From Candidatus Faecalibacterium intestinigallinarum (GTDB lineage Bacteria > Bacillota > Clostridia > Oscillospirales > Ruminococcaceae): a DNA stretch of 64,000 bases. Made by a program: the position numbers and the translations under genes. The first letter of the stretch is position 1. Every line of letters starts with the position of its first letter. Below are positions 19,311 through 28,987 of this stretch, in pieces. The stretch covers positions 8,445 through 72,444 of the forward strand of contig DXHQ01000100.1 in assembly GCA_019113345.1 (NCBI GenBank), in the 5' to 3' direction. Below the pieces are notes generated by a model, which was not told where the DNA came from, ran no database searches, and saw only the letters and a list, made by a program, of their open reading frames with translations.

Positions 19311-20333
19311 TTACATGTGATCGCCGTCGGTGTCCAACACGTCGTGCAGCACGTCGACGTGGTCGAGCACCGCGCCGGCGCCGGTGGCCACGCAGTCCAG
19401 CGGATCTTCGGCCACATGGACGTCGATGCCGGTCTCGCTCTGGATCAGCTTATCCAGCCCGCGCAGCAGAGCGCCGCCGCCGGTCAGGGTGATGCCGCGG
19501 TCGATGATATCGGCGCTCAGTTCGGGCGGGGTGCGCTCCAGCGTCTCCTTGATGGCGTCGGTGATCTTGACCAGGCACTCGAGCAGGGCCTCCCGCACAT
19601 CCTCCGAGTGGACCACGATGTTCTTGGGCAGGCCGTCCACCAGGTTGCGGCCCTTGATCTCCATGGTCATCTCTTCTTCCAGCTTGTAGGCCGAGCCGAT
19701 GTCGATCTTGATCTGTTCGGCGGTGCGCTCGCCGATCAGCAGGTTGTACTTGCGCTTGATGAAGGCGATGATGGCCTGGTCGAACATATCGCCGGCCATC
19801 CGCACGCTGCGGGAAGCCACGATGCCGCCCAGCGAGATGACGGCGATCTCGGCGGTGCCGCCGCCGATGTCGACGATCATGCTGCCGGTGGGCTCGCTGA
19901 TGGGCAGGCCCGCGCCGATGGCGGCCGCCATCGGCTCCTCGATGACCGACACCTGCCGGGCGCCGGCCTTGAGGGTGGCTTCCCGGACGGCCCGGCGCTC
20001 CACCTCGGTGACGCCGGACGGGATGCAGATGACCACCCGCGGCCGGGCGAACAGGCTGTTGCCGCAGGCCTTTTTGAGGAAGTTCTCCAGCATATTGGCG
20101 GTGATGTCAAAGTCGGCGATGACGCCGTCCTTCAGCGGGCGGACGGCGACGATGCTGCCGGGGGTACGGCCGATGACCGCCTTGGCCTCCGCGCCGACGC
20201 AGCGCACCTCATCGTTGCGGGTGTCCACCGCCACCACCGACGGCTCCCGCATGATGATGCCCTTGCCCTTCATGTACACCAGGGTATTGGCGGTGCCCAG
20301 ATCGATCCCGATATCTTTTGACAGAAAACTCAT
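19311..20333 (-). CDS. mreB: rod shape-determining protein MreB
   Basis: Actin-fold motifs [13 protein letters not shown] and [11 protein letters not shown]; 340 aa. Confidence 0.97.
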   Translation of the reverse strand: MSFLSKDIGIDLGTANTLVYMKGKGIIMREPSVVAVDTRNDEVRCVGAEAKAVIGRTPGSIVAVRPLKDGVIADFDITANMLENFLKKACGNSLFARPRVVICIPSGVTEVERRAVREATLKAGARQVSVIEEPMAAAIGAGLPISEPTGSMIVDIGGGTAEIAVISLGGIVASRSVRMAGDMFDQAIIAFIKRKYNLLIGERTAEQIKIDIGSAYKLEEEMTMEIKGRNLVDGLPKNIVVHSEDVREALLECLVKITDAIKETLERTPPELSADIIDRGITLTGGGALLRGLDKLIQSETGIDVHVAEDPLDCVATGAGAVLDHVDVLHDVLDTDGDHM

Positions 20334-20489
20334 AGCGCAGCTAACTCCTTTACTCTCCTAAACCTCAAAAACACGCCGCGCAGGCCGAACTGCCTGCCGC
20401 GGTCCAAATGAGAAAGGGGGCTTCCCCCCTGTATACGCTTGCTCACGGGCGGCCCGTGCCTGTCCGGGCACAGGGTCAGTCCTTTCCTT

Positions 20490-20518
20490 ATTATAGTCAC
20501 AAAGCGCCGTTTTCACAA
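20490..20518 (-). promoter_or_regulatory. sigma-70-type promoter for mreB (leader of about 150 nt)
   Basis: Minus strand TTGTGA-17 nt-TATAAT, immediately after the maf stop codon. Confidence 0.5.
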
Positions 20519-20544
20519 GTGCTTTGGCGATTTTTTCCGTTTTT

Positions 20545-21111
20545 TCATCTTTTCTCAAGGTCAAAGCGGTCCAGCAGGCGGGCGGTGCGGCTGACCGGCA
20601 GCCCCATGATGGTGTAGTAATCCCCTTCCAGCCGGTCCAGCCAGAGGGCCGCCTGCCCCTGAATGGCGTAAGCCCCGGCCTTGTCGAAGGGCTCGCCGCT
20701 GGCGATGCAGCGCTCCAGCTCATCTTCCGGGATGGGGAAAAAGGTCACCCTGCAGCTGTCCGCAAAGCTCTCGGTCCGCACGCCGTCCGAGACGCAGACC
20801 CCGGTGTGGACCTGATGGGTCCGCCCCGAGAGGGCGCGCAGCATCCGCCGGGCGTCGGCGGCGTCCCGGGGCTTGCCGAAGATCTCCCCGTCCAGCTCGA
20901 CCACCGTATCGCTGCCCACCACGACGCAGCCGGGGTGGTCTGCCGCCACCGCCAGGCACTTGCCCCGCGCCAGGGCCTCGGCCAGGGCGGCGGGGGTATC
21001 AGCCCGGACCGAACGCTCGTCAAATTTGCTCACACATACCGCAAAATCCCGGGTATAAAGGCCCAGCAGCTCCCTGCGGCGGGGGCTGCCGGAGGCAAGG
21101 ATCAGTTTCAC
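20545..21111 (-). CDS. maf: Maf-family nucleoside triphosphate pyrophosphatase (septum formation protein Maf)
   Basis: VKLILASGSPRRRELL N-terminus with a GTG start at 21111 and a GAGGGGAGGG RBS. Sits upstream of mreB as in Firmicutes. Confidence 0.9.
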   Translation of the reverse strand: MKLILASGSPRRRELLGLYTRDFAVCVSKFDERSVRADTPAALAEALARGKCLAVAADHPGCVVVGSDTVVELDGEIFGKPRDAADARRMLRALSGRTHQVHTGVCVSDGVRTESFADSCRVTFFPIPEDELERCIASGEPFDKAGAYAIQGQAALWLDRLEGDYYTIMGLPVSRTARLLDRFDLEKR

Positions 21112-21125
21112 GGCGCGCCCTCCCC

Positions 21126-21572
21126 TCACCTGCCGGTCGAGCCGAAGCCGCCCTCGCCCCGGGCCGTATCGCCCAGAGACTCGGCCGGGACAAAGGCCGC
21201 GGTATAGACCGGCGCGATGCACAGCTGCGCCACCCGCTCGCCGGGCTGGATGGTATAGGGCTCGGTCCCGAGGTTGACCATCGGGACCTTCACTTCACCC
21301 CGGTAGTCGCTGTCGATGACCCCCACCCCGTTGGCCATGCACAGGCCGTGCTTGATGGAAAGGCCGCTGCGGGCGTAGACCAGGGCGACCGTTCCGGCAT
21401 CCGGCAGCTCGATGGCAAACCCGGTGGGAACGAGGGCCCGCTGCATGGGCGCGAGGGTCAGCGGCGCGTCCAGAACGGCGCAGAGGTCGGCGGCTGCGGC
21501 CCCGGCGGTGGCGTAGGCGGGCGCCTTGGCCCGCTCGTCCAGTACCTTATATTTTACAGTGACTTGCTGCAT
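21126..21572 (-). CDS. dut: dUTP diphosphatase
   Basis: 148 aa with AGAAAADL, GVIDSDYRGEV and RGEGGFGSTG motifs. Confidence 0.93.
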   Translation of the reverse strand: MQQVTVKYKVLDERAKAPAYATAGAAAADLCAVLDAPLTLAPMQRALVPTGFAIELPDAGTVALVYARSGLSIKHGLCMANGVGVIDSDYRGEVKVPMVNLGTEPYTIQPGERVAQLCIAPVYTAAFVPAESLGDTARGEGGFGSTGR

Positions 21573-21587
21573 GGCAGTACATTCCTT

Positions 21588-23657
21588 TCACATCGTACCT
21601 TTATAATAGAGCCCCCGGGTGAAGTCCCCGTCGAAGGGCTCGCCGGCGGCGATCCGCGCGAGGACGGCGGCCGCCTCCTCCCGGCTCTCGAGGGTGAAAT
21701 AGGCGACGCCGTAGTCCACCGGCAGAGCCCCGGGCTTGTCGGCCATATAGAGGGGCACCGGGTTATAGATGGTGCGCACCCCGCCGCCGCACCGCACCGG
21801 GAACTTTTTGGCCTTGCGGTCGGTCAGAACGCCCTGCCGGCTGCAATGGGCGCAGTCGTGGACATTGTGCAGGGGGCAGGCGCGGGTCAGCATCAGGGGC
21901 ATATGCCCGTAGATCAGCGCCCCGGTGGGAACCGGCCGCCCCTCTTTGTCCGGCGCGATGAAAGCCATCTCGCCGGCCTGCACCTCGGGCAGGACCAGCA
22001 GAGCCGAGAGGCCGAGGTCCGCATAGACCTGCGCGGCCAGGGGGTTGGTCAGGTTGAGGCCGATGCCGCCGGTCAGCGGCAGCCCGGCGCAGATGCGCAG
22101 GTGGGCGATGTTGTTGGCCTCAAAGCCGGCAAAGCCCATCCCCCGGGCGGCCTCCACCCGGCGGACGGTGTCCGCCTCCGCCCCGCCGAACATGGCGCGG
22201 GACAGCTCCAGGATCGTTTTTGCGCGGTGTTCCGCCGGTATGTTGTCCGCTTCGGCCAGGGGCAGGATCAGCCGTTCGGCCAGGGACAAAGCGTTCTCGG
22301 GCGTCTGCGCCCAGCTCTCAAACCGGGCCCAGAGGGCGGGACGAGCCGGCGCGGCGCGGCGGACAAGGGGCGGCAGGGTTGCTTTTTCCACCGGCCAGGG
22401 GCGCGGGGCCTCCCGCTTTTCCAGCAGGGCGTCGAGGGCCTGCCGGCGCAGCTCATTGACGGCGCTGCCCGGCAGATACCAGGGCCCGCCCTCCATTGCA
22501 ATCTCGATCTCGCCGGCGGCAAAGGGGGTGCCGCCCGTCTTGCCCAGGCTGCGGCGCAGGGCCTCGGCCGGGTCGGTGCGGGCGGGCTGGGGGGCCGTCT
22601 CGCCGTAGGCGATGGCGCGGTGCCCCTCCCGGTCGGCGGCGGTCAGCTTTTCGCCCTCCGCCTCCACCTCCAGCCTGAAGTCCACCGGCACCCGGGACCG
22701 CTCCCGCCGGTAGAGCTCCCGCAGGGCGGGCAGGGTGCGGCGGGTCTCGGCGGCGTCGGCCTCGCTGCGGGTGCCGAACATGGTCCCGTCTATTTTGCCG
22801 TCCAGATACCCCGAGGTAAAGCCGGAGCGGCTGAAGGCGTTTTCCAGCAGGGTGCGGTCGTAGGCGCGGCCCTCCCGGCCGGCCAGACAGGCGTCGACGG
22901 CGGCGGCCACATACTCGGGGGTGCGCAGCCGGCCCTCGATCTTGGCCGAGGCCACCCCGATGGCCTGCAGTTTGTCCAGCTGGTCGATGACCGAGTTGTC
23001 CTTGAGGGAGAGGTGATGGGCCCTGCCGGGGCGGCCATCGGGCAGGGGGCTGGCGTCAAAGGGCAGCCGGCAGGGCCCCGCGCAGGAGCCGCGGTTGCCG
23101 CTGCGCCCACCGAGAAAGGCCGACATATAGCACTGGCCGCTCATGCTCATGCAGAGGGCCCCGTGGACAAAGCACTCGGTCTCGATGCCGCAGCCTCTGG
23201 TGATCCGCTCGATCTCGCCGAGGCTCAGCTCCCGGGCCAGGATGACCCGGGCAAAGCCCAGCTCGGCCATTTTCAGCGCGCCTTCGAGGGTGTGGACGCT
23301 CATCTGGGTGGAAGCGTGGCGGGGCAGCTGGGGCGCGATGCGGCGGCAGAGTTCGGCCGCCGCCATATCCTGGCAGATGACCGCGTCGGCCCCGCTGGCC
23401 GCCACCGCCCGCACCGCCGCGGCGAGGGCTTCCAGCTCGCCGGCATAGACGGTGGTGTTCATGGCCACATGGACCCGCACCCCCCGCCCATGGCAGAAGC
23501 TGACCGCCCGGCCAAGGCTGGCCGCATCAAAATTGCCCGCGCCGCTGCGGGCGTTGAACCCCGCAAAGCCCAGGTATACCGCGTCCGCGCCGCTGAAAAC
23601 GGCCGCGCGGAGCATCTCTTCACTGCCCACCGGGGCAAGGATCTCGATCTGTGCCAT
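21588..23657 (-). CDS. U32-family protein (peptidase U32 / RNA-hydroxylation family), long two-domain form
   Basis: The N-terminus MAQIEILAPVGSEEMLRAAVFSGADAVYLG and internal E-x-F-x-H-G-A-L-C motifs are typical of U32. Confidence 0.85.
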   Translation of the reverse strand: MAQIEILAPVGSEEMLRAAVFSGADAVYLGFAGFNARSGAGNFDAASLGRAVSFCHGRGVRVHVAMNTTVYAGELEALAAAVRAVAASGADAVICQDMAAAELCRRIAPQLPRHASTQMSVHTLEGALKMAELGFARVILARELSLGEIERITRGCGIETECFVHGALCMSMSGQCYMSAFLGGRSGNRGSCAGPCRLPFDASPLPDGRPGRAHHLSLKDNSVIDQLDKLQAIGVASAKIEGRLRTPEYVAAAVDACLAGREGRAYDRTLLENAFSRSGFTSGYLDGKIDGTMFGTRSEADAAETRRTLPALRELYRRERSRVPVDFRLEVEAEGEKLTAADREGHRAIAYGETAPQPARTDPAEALRRSLGKTGGTPFAAGEIEIAMEGGPWYLPGSAVNELRRQALDALLEKREAPRPWPVEKATLPPLVRRAAPARPALWARFESWAQTPENALSLAERLILPLAEADNIPAEHRAKTILELSRAMFGGAEADTVRRVEAARGMGFAGFEANNIAHLRICAGLPLTGGIGLNLTNPLAAQVYADLGLSALLVLPEVQAGEMAFIAPDKEGRPVPTGALIYGHMPLMLTRACPLHNVHDCAHCSRQGVLTDRKAKKFPVRCGGGVRTIYNPVPLYMADKPGALPVDYGVAYFTLESREEAAAVLARIAAGEPFDGDFTRGLYYKGTM

Positions 23658-23683
23658 GGTTTCTCCTGTCGTTTGACCCGTTT

Positions 23684-24076
23684 TCAGGTGTCCCGGGCCT
23701 CTTTTTCCTTTTCTTTGTCCTGATGGCGGCGCAGCCGGTCCAGCTGTTCCCGCAGGGCGGCCGCCTCCCGGCGCAGCGCCTCGTTCTCGGCCCGCAGCTT
23801 GTCCTCGGCCGTGCGGGCGCGCGCGGCGTCGGCGATGTAGTCCTGGATCTGGCTGCGCATATTCTCGGCGCTGCCGGTGCTCTTCTGGTACTCGTCCAGA
23901 TAGTCCATGGCGCAGAAGACCGCCGCCTTGGTCACCGGCAGGCTGGGGTTCGCCTCCATCAGCTTGGCGATGTCCCTGTCCAGCTTATCGGCCAGGGAGG
24001 TGATGTATTTTTCCGAATCGGTGGTGGCAAAGGCATACTGCGCCCCCGCGATGTTCACCCGCACTTTGTTTACCAT
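23684..24076 (-). CDS. zapA: cell division protein ZapA
   Basis: VRVNIAGAQYAFATTDSEKYITSLADKLDRDIAKL is a ZapA-like N-domain, followed by a C-terminal coiled coil. Confidence 0.8.
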   Translation of the reverse strand: MVNKVRVNIAGAQYAFATTDSEKYITSLADKLDRDIAKLMEANPSLPVTKAAVFCAMDYLDEYQKSTGSAENMRSQIQDYIADAARARTAEDKLRAENEALRREAAALREQLDRLRRHQDKEKEKEARDT

Positions 24077-24198
24077 AGCAGCCTCGCTTTCCGGCCAAAA
24101 CCACTCCGTTGTTCATACAAGACGGAGCTGTGAGAGTTTCTCCTGCCATTACTCCCCGAGTTTCCCCCTTTGCGGGGGCGGCGCGGGGCGGCAGGGCC

Positions 24199-24227
24199 TT
24201 GATTGTTTGCCACTATTATAATATAAT
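24199..24227 (+). promoter_or_regulatory. candidate distal promoter in the AT-rich zapA/glgP intergenic region
   Basis: TTGATT-17 nt-TATAAT on the plus strand. The TATTATAATATAAT tract also offers a -10 hexamer on the minus strand (towards zapA), so the strand assignment is ambiguous. Confidence 0.35.
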
Positions 24228-24324
24228 CGGGCCCCGAGAGAAAGAGCAAATTGAAAATTTCTGTATTTTCAGCACAAAGTTTCCCTCGAAAATATAGAGG
24301 ATACGGAAAAAATACGACTTTTTC

Positions 24325-24353
24325 TTGCATTCGCCCCGGGAAGCGATTATAAT
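24325..24353 (+). promoter_or_regulatory. sigma-70-type promoter for glgP (about 150-nt leader)
   Basis: TTGCAT-17 nt-TATAAT. Confidence 0.5.
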
Positions 24354-24509
24354 AAAGGCGTTGTGTTATGAACGCGGGCCCGGCGCGCGGAGTTACCGCC
24401 CCATTTCCGCCGTTCTTTACTAGGGTGTGCAGCCGGTGCAGGGCCCCAAAACGCCCGCCCCCATCCACCACGCCTGCTGCGGTCCCCATATTGACAGGAG
24501 ATTACACGT

Positions 24510-26906
24510 ATGACAACGAAAGAATTCTCTACCCTTCTGCAGAACAAGCTGACCAGCGAGTACGGCGTGGATCTGTCGGTTGCCTCCAACCAGCAGATCT
24601 ACCGCGCCCTGGCTTTGATCTGCCGGCAGATGATGAGCGACAACTACAAAAAGTTCCAGTCCAAGGTGATCGGCACCGGCTCCAAGCAGGTCTACTACCT
24701 GTGCATGGAGTTCCTGATGGGCCGTAGCCTGAAGGTCAGCCTGCTGAACCTGGGGCTGGATGAGGTGTGCAAAGCCGCCCTCGCCGCCGCTGATATCAAC
24801 GTGGACACCATCTATGAGGAAGAGCCCGACGCAGGTCTGGGCAACGGCGGTCTGGGCCGCCTGGCTGCCTGCTATCTGGACGGCATGGCCACCACCTGCA
24901 TCGGCGGCACCGGCTACTCCATCCTGTACGAGTACGGCATCTTCAAGCAGAAGATCGTGGACGGCTGGCAGCAGGAGCGGGCCGACAACTGGCTGCCCGG
25001 CGGCCAGGTCTGGCTCAAGAGCCACCCCGAGCAGGCCATCGAGGTCCGCTTTGACGGCGAGATCCGTGAAAACTGGGACCACGGCTTCCACTACGTCCAG
25101 CACCTGAACTACAACAGCGTCATGGCCGTCCCCTCCGATATGTATGTGCAGGGCTACGACGGGCCCGGCGTGGCAAAGCTGCGCCTGTGGCAGGCCAAGG
25201 CCCCCGACTTTGATATGTCCAGCTTCTCGCTGGGCAACTACAGCACCGCCATGAGCAAGAGCGCTTCGGCCGAGCTGATCTCCAAGGTCCTCTACCCCAA
25301 CGACAACCACGTCGAGGGCAAGATCCTGCGGCTGCGCCAGCAGTACTTCCTGTCCGCCGCTTCGGTGGGCGACATCGTCCAGAACCACCTGTCCACCTAC
25401 GGCACCCTCGAGAACCTGGCCGACAAGGTAGCCATCCAGCTCAACGACACCCACCCCACCCTGGCCATCCCCGAGATGATGCGCATCCTGCTGGATGAGT
25501 GCGGCTTTGACTGGGACAAGAGCTTCGACATCTGCCAGAAGGTCTTCTCCTACACCAACCACACCGTCATGGCCGAGGCGCTGGAAAAGTGGAACGTCGA
25601 CATCTTCAAGATGACCCTGCCCCGCATCTACCAGATCGTGGCCGAGATGGATCGCCGCTGCCGCATCGACCTGAACAAGGCTTTCCCCGGCGACAAGGGC
25701 AAGATCGACTATATGGCCCTGATCGGCGACAACCAGGTCCGGATGGCCAACATCTGCGCTTACACCTCCAACAGCATCAACGGCGTGTCCAAGCTGCACA
25801 GCGAGATCATCAAGCAGAGCGTCTTCCACGACTACTACCTGTACAAGCCCGCCGCCTTCAAGAACGTGACCAACGGCATCGCTTACCGCCGCTGGCTGCT
25901 GGGCGCCAACCCCCGCCTGTGCAAGCTGCTGGACGAGACCATCGGCACCGAGTACAAGCAGGACGCTTCGGCCCTGTCCAAGCTGAACGCCTACGCCGGC
26001 GACCGCACCGTCCTGAACGAGCTGAACCGCATCAAGCTGGCCAACAAGGCTGAGTTCGCCAACTACCTGGCCAAGAGCACCGGCCAGGTGATCGACCCCA
26101 ACTCCATCTTTGACTGCCAGGTCAAGCGGATGCACGAGTACAAGCGCCAGCACCTGAACGCCCTGAACATCGCCGCCCAGTACCTGTACCTGAAGGCCAA
26201 CCCCAACGCCGACTTCATCCCCAAGACCTATATCTTCGGCGCCAAGGCTGCCCCCGGCTACTATATGGCCAAGCAGATGATCCGCATGATCTGCAAGCTG
26301 GGCGACCTGATCAACAACGACCCCGCCGTCAACCAGAAGCTGCGGATCGTCTATCTGGAGGAGTACTGCGTCTCCCTCAGCGAGCACCTGATGCCCGCCT
26401 CCGAGGTGTCGGAGCAGATCTCTCTGGCCGGCACCGAGGCTTCCGGCACCGGCAACATGAAGTTCATGCTGAACGGCGCCATCACCCTGGGCACCCTGGA
26501 CGGCGCCAACGTTGAGATCGCCCAGGCCGCCGGTCAGGAGAACGAGATCATCTTCGGTATGCTCACCAATGAAGTGGAAAACCTCAAGCGGGTCGGCTAC
26601 CACCCCAACTCCTTCATCACCGGCGACGACATCGCCAACGAGGTGCTGAACTTCCTGGAGCGCGGCTGGAACGGCGAGAACTTCCACGAGGTGACCTCCA
26701 ACCTCTTCACCAGCGACCCGTATATGGTCATGGCCGACTTCAAGGATTACCGCCGCGCCCAGGCCGACCTGCAGCGGCTGTACGCCGACCGCGAGGGCTG
26801 GGCCCGGATGAGCCTGAAGAACATCGCCAACAGCGGCATCTTCAGCGCCGACCGCGCCGTCATGGACTACGCCCGCGACATCTGGTACGCTCCCACCGTA
26901 AAGTAA
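24510..26906 (+). CDS. glgP: glycogen/maltodextrin phosphorylase
   Basis: 798-aa GT35 phosphorylase with EEPDAGLGNGGLGRLAAC, the EASGTGNMKFMLNG pyridoxal-phosphate lysine region and a typical C-terminus. Confidence 0.97.
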   Translation: MTTKEFSTLLQNKLTSEYGVDLSVASNQQIYRALALICRQMMSDNYKKFQSKVIGTGSKQVYYLCMEFLMGRSLKVSLLNLGLDEVCKAALAAADINVDTIYEEEPDAGLGNGGLGRLAACYLDGMATTCIGGTGYSILYEYGIFKQKIVDGWQQERADNWLPGGQVWLKSHPEQAIEVRFDGEIRENWDHGFHYVQHLNYNSVMAVPSDMYVQGYDGPGVAKLRLWQAKAPDFDMSSFSLGNYSTAMSKSASAELISKVLYPNDNHVEGKILRLRQQYFLSAASVGDIVQNHLSTYGTLENLADKVAIQLNDTHPTLAIPEMMRILLDECGFDWDKSFDICQKVFSYTNHTVMAEALEKWNVDIFKMTLPRIYQIVAEMDRRCRIDLNKAFPGDKGKIDYMALIGDNQVRMANICAYTSNSINGVSKLHSEIIKQSVFHDYYLYKPAAFKNVTNGIAYRRWLLGANPRLCKLLDETIGTEYKQDASALSKLNAYAGDRTVLNELNRIKLANKAEFANYLAKSTGQVIDPNSIFDCQVKRMHEYKRQHLNALNIAAQYLYLKANPNADFIPKTYIFGAKAAPGYYMAKQMIRMICKLGDLINNDPAVNQKLRIVYLEEYCVSLSEHLMPASEVSEQISLAGTEASGTGNMKFMLNGAITLGTLDGANVEIAQAAGQENEIIFGMLTNEVENLKRVGYHPNSFITGDDIANEVLNFLERGWNGENFHEVTSNLFTSDPYMVMADFKDYRRAQADLQRLYADREGWARMSLKNIANSGIFSADRAVMDYARDIWYAPTVK

Positions 26907-26961
26907 ACTTCGATGCGTCCGGTCCGCCGGCCCGAACGAAAATAACGCTACCAGCCATACA

Positions 26962-26994
26962 AAGCCAGGAGCCATGTCTGCTCCTGGCTTTTTT
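26962..26994 (+). terminator. intrinsic terminator after glgP
   Basis: 11-bp stem AAGCCAGGAGC/GCTCCTGGCTT followed by TTTTTT. Confidence 0.75.
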
Positions 26995-27011
26995 GAAAGG
27001 AACGACCACAT

Positions 27012-28868
27012 TTGGATTGCCTGTTCAACAGCTGCGACACCTATTATAAGCGCCCCTTCGGCGCGCTGCCCGCCGGGCAGACGCTGCACCTGGCCCTGAC
27101 CATCCCGCAGGAGCTGGGCTATGTCGACCCCCACCTCGTCCTGCAAAAAGAGGGCCCGGGGGACGTGCCGGTCTTTTACCGGATGAATTTCGACGGTCAG
27201 ACCCCCGGCGTCAACCACTTCTCGGTGGATGTCACCATCGGGGACGTGGGACTGTACTTTTACTACTTTGACCTGTACACCGATTTCCGCCGCATCTACC
27301 GGGGCAAGATGGGCCAGGGGGTCCTCTCCTGGCAGGACGGCCCGCGCTGGCAGCTGACCGTCTGCCACCCCGATTTCAAGACCCCCGACGGCGTCAAGGG
27401 CGGGGTGTTCTATCAGATCTTCCCCGACCGGTTCTGCGAGGGGGTCGAAAACAAGCACATCCCCTTTGCCGACCGCTTCTACCAGGCCGACAAGCACGCC
27501 GAGCCCGCCTGGGAGCCCAACGAGACGGGCGGCCTTTTGAACAACGACTACTTCGGCGGGGACCTGAAGGGCATCCAGTCCAAGCTGCCCTACCTGCGCC
27601 ACCTGGGGGTCACCTATCTCTACCTCAACCCCATCTTTGAGGCGCACTCCAACCACCGGTACAACACCGCCAATTACCTCAACGTCGACCCGCTCCTCGG
27701 CACCAACCGGGACTTTGAAGAGCTCTGCCGGGAGGCGGCCCGCTTCGGCATCCGGATCATTCTGGACGGGGTATTCAGCCACACCGGGTCGGACAGCCTC
27801 TACTTCAACAAGGAGGGGCGGTACGGCAGCGGCGGCGCCTGGCGGGACGAGCACTCCCCCTACCGCAGCTGGTACGACTTTGCCCCCTGGTATACCGGCG
27901 GCTACCGCAGCTGGTGGGGCTTTGAGACCCTGCCCGAGGTGAACGAGGAGGACCCCTCCTACGTCGCATTCATCACCGGCAAGGGCGGCGTCATCGACAC
28001 CTGGCTCAGCCGGGGCGCGGCCGGCTTCCGGCTGGACGTGGCCGACGAGCTGCCCGACAGCTTCATCGAAAAGATCCGCGCCGCCGTCAAAGCCCACGGG
28101 GAGGACAAGCTGCTGATCGGCGAAGTGTGGGAGGACGCCACCACCAAGCACGGCTTTGGCCGCCGGCGGACCTACCTGCTGGGCAAAGGGCTGGACAGCG
28201 TCATGAACTACCCCTTCCGCAATGCCATCCTTGACTTTGTCCGGGGCAAGCCGGCCGAGGACGCGATGGACGAGATCCTCTCCATCTGTTCCCACTACCC
28301 CGCCCCTGCCCTGCACACCGCCCTCAACTTCCTGTCCACCCACGACGTCGAGCGGGCCATGACCGTCATCGCTGACGAGCCGGCGAACGGCCGGGGACGC
28401 GCCTGGCAGAGCGGCCGCAGCGTCACCGGCGAAGCATACGAGGAAGGGCTGATCCTGCTCAAGATGGCCTATGCCATCCTCTTCACCCTGCCCGGCGTCC
28501 CCTGCGTCTACTACGGGGACGAGATCGCCATGCAGGGCTACCGCGACCCCTTCAACCGCGGCTTTTACCTCTGGGACAGCCACGAGGAGCGGCTACGCCC
28601 GGTCCTCAGCCAGCTGGCGGAGCTGCGCCGCAGCTGCGACGCCTTCCGCGAGGGAGGCATCCGGGTGCTGCGGGCCGAAGGCGGCATCCTGCACTACCAG
28701 CGCACCGGGCGCTATGAGGTGGCCGAGATCATCGCCAACCGCACCGACCACCTGATCGTCGAGCAGCTGGCCAGCGGCAAATTCACCGAGGTGAACCCGA
28801 TGGGATTTACCATCACGGTGGAAGAACGCGGCCACAACCCCAACCACAGCTATTATGACTATATCTAA
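27012..28868 (+). CDS. GH13 alpha-amylase-family glycosidase (neopullulanase/cyclomaltodextrinase-like)
   Basis: GH13 conserved regions DGVFSHTG, GFRLDVADE, EVWED and FLSTHD. TTG start as given by the track. Confidence 0.9.
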   Translation: MDCLFNSCDTYYKRPFGALPAGQTLHLALTIPQELGYVDPHLVLQKEGPGDVPVFYRMNFDGQTPGVNHFSVDVTIGDVGLYFYYFDLYTDFRRIYRGKMGQGVLSWQDGPRWQLTVCHPDFKTPDGVKGGVFYQIFPDRFCEGVENKHIPFADRFYQADKHAEPAWEPNETGGLLNNDYFGGDLKGIQSKLPYLRHLGVTYLYLNPIFEAHSNHRYNTANYLNVDPLLGTNRDFEELCREAARFGIRIILDGVFSHTGSDSLYFNKEGRYGSGGAWRDEHSPYRSWYDFAPWYTGGYRSWWGFETLPEVNEEDPSYVAFITGKGGVIDTWLSRGAAGFRLDVADELPDSFIEKIRAAVKAHGEDKLLIGEVWEDATTKHGFGRRRTYLLGKGLDSVMNYPFRNAILDFVRGKPAEDAMDEILSICSHYPAPALHTALNFLSTHDVERAMTVIADEPANGRGRAWQSGRSVTGEAYEEGLILLKMAYAILFTLPGVPCVYYGDEIAMQGYRDPFNRGFYLWDSHEERLRPVLSQLAELRRSCDAFREGGIRVLRAEGGILHYQRTGRYEVAEIIANRTDHLIVEQLASGKFTEVNPMGFTITVEERGHNPNHSYYDYI

Positions 28869-28987
28869 CGTTCTCGTCCGGCCTGTACGCGTCCGTCGTC
28901 CAGGCCGGACGGATGGAAAACTGCTGCATTTTCGCCGATATTTTACCCGGATTTTCAGCACTTTTTGAAAAATTGCGCGCAATATTT

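Noticed and set aside
24420-28583. 1387-aa minus-strand ORF spanning glgP and the GH13 gene
   Set aside because: - It is antisense to two strongly supported genes.
- It runs straight through the glgP terminator and the intergenic region.
- It has no recognisable domain, so I treat it as a compositional artefact.
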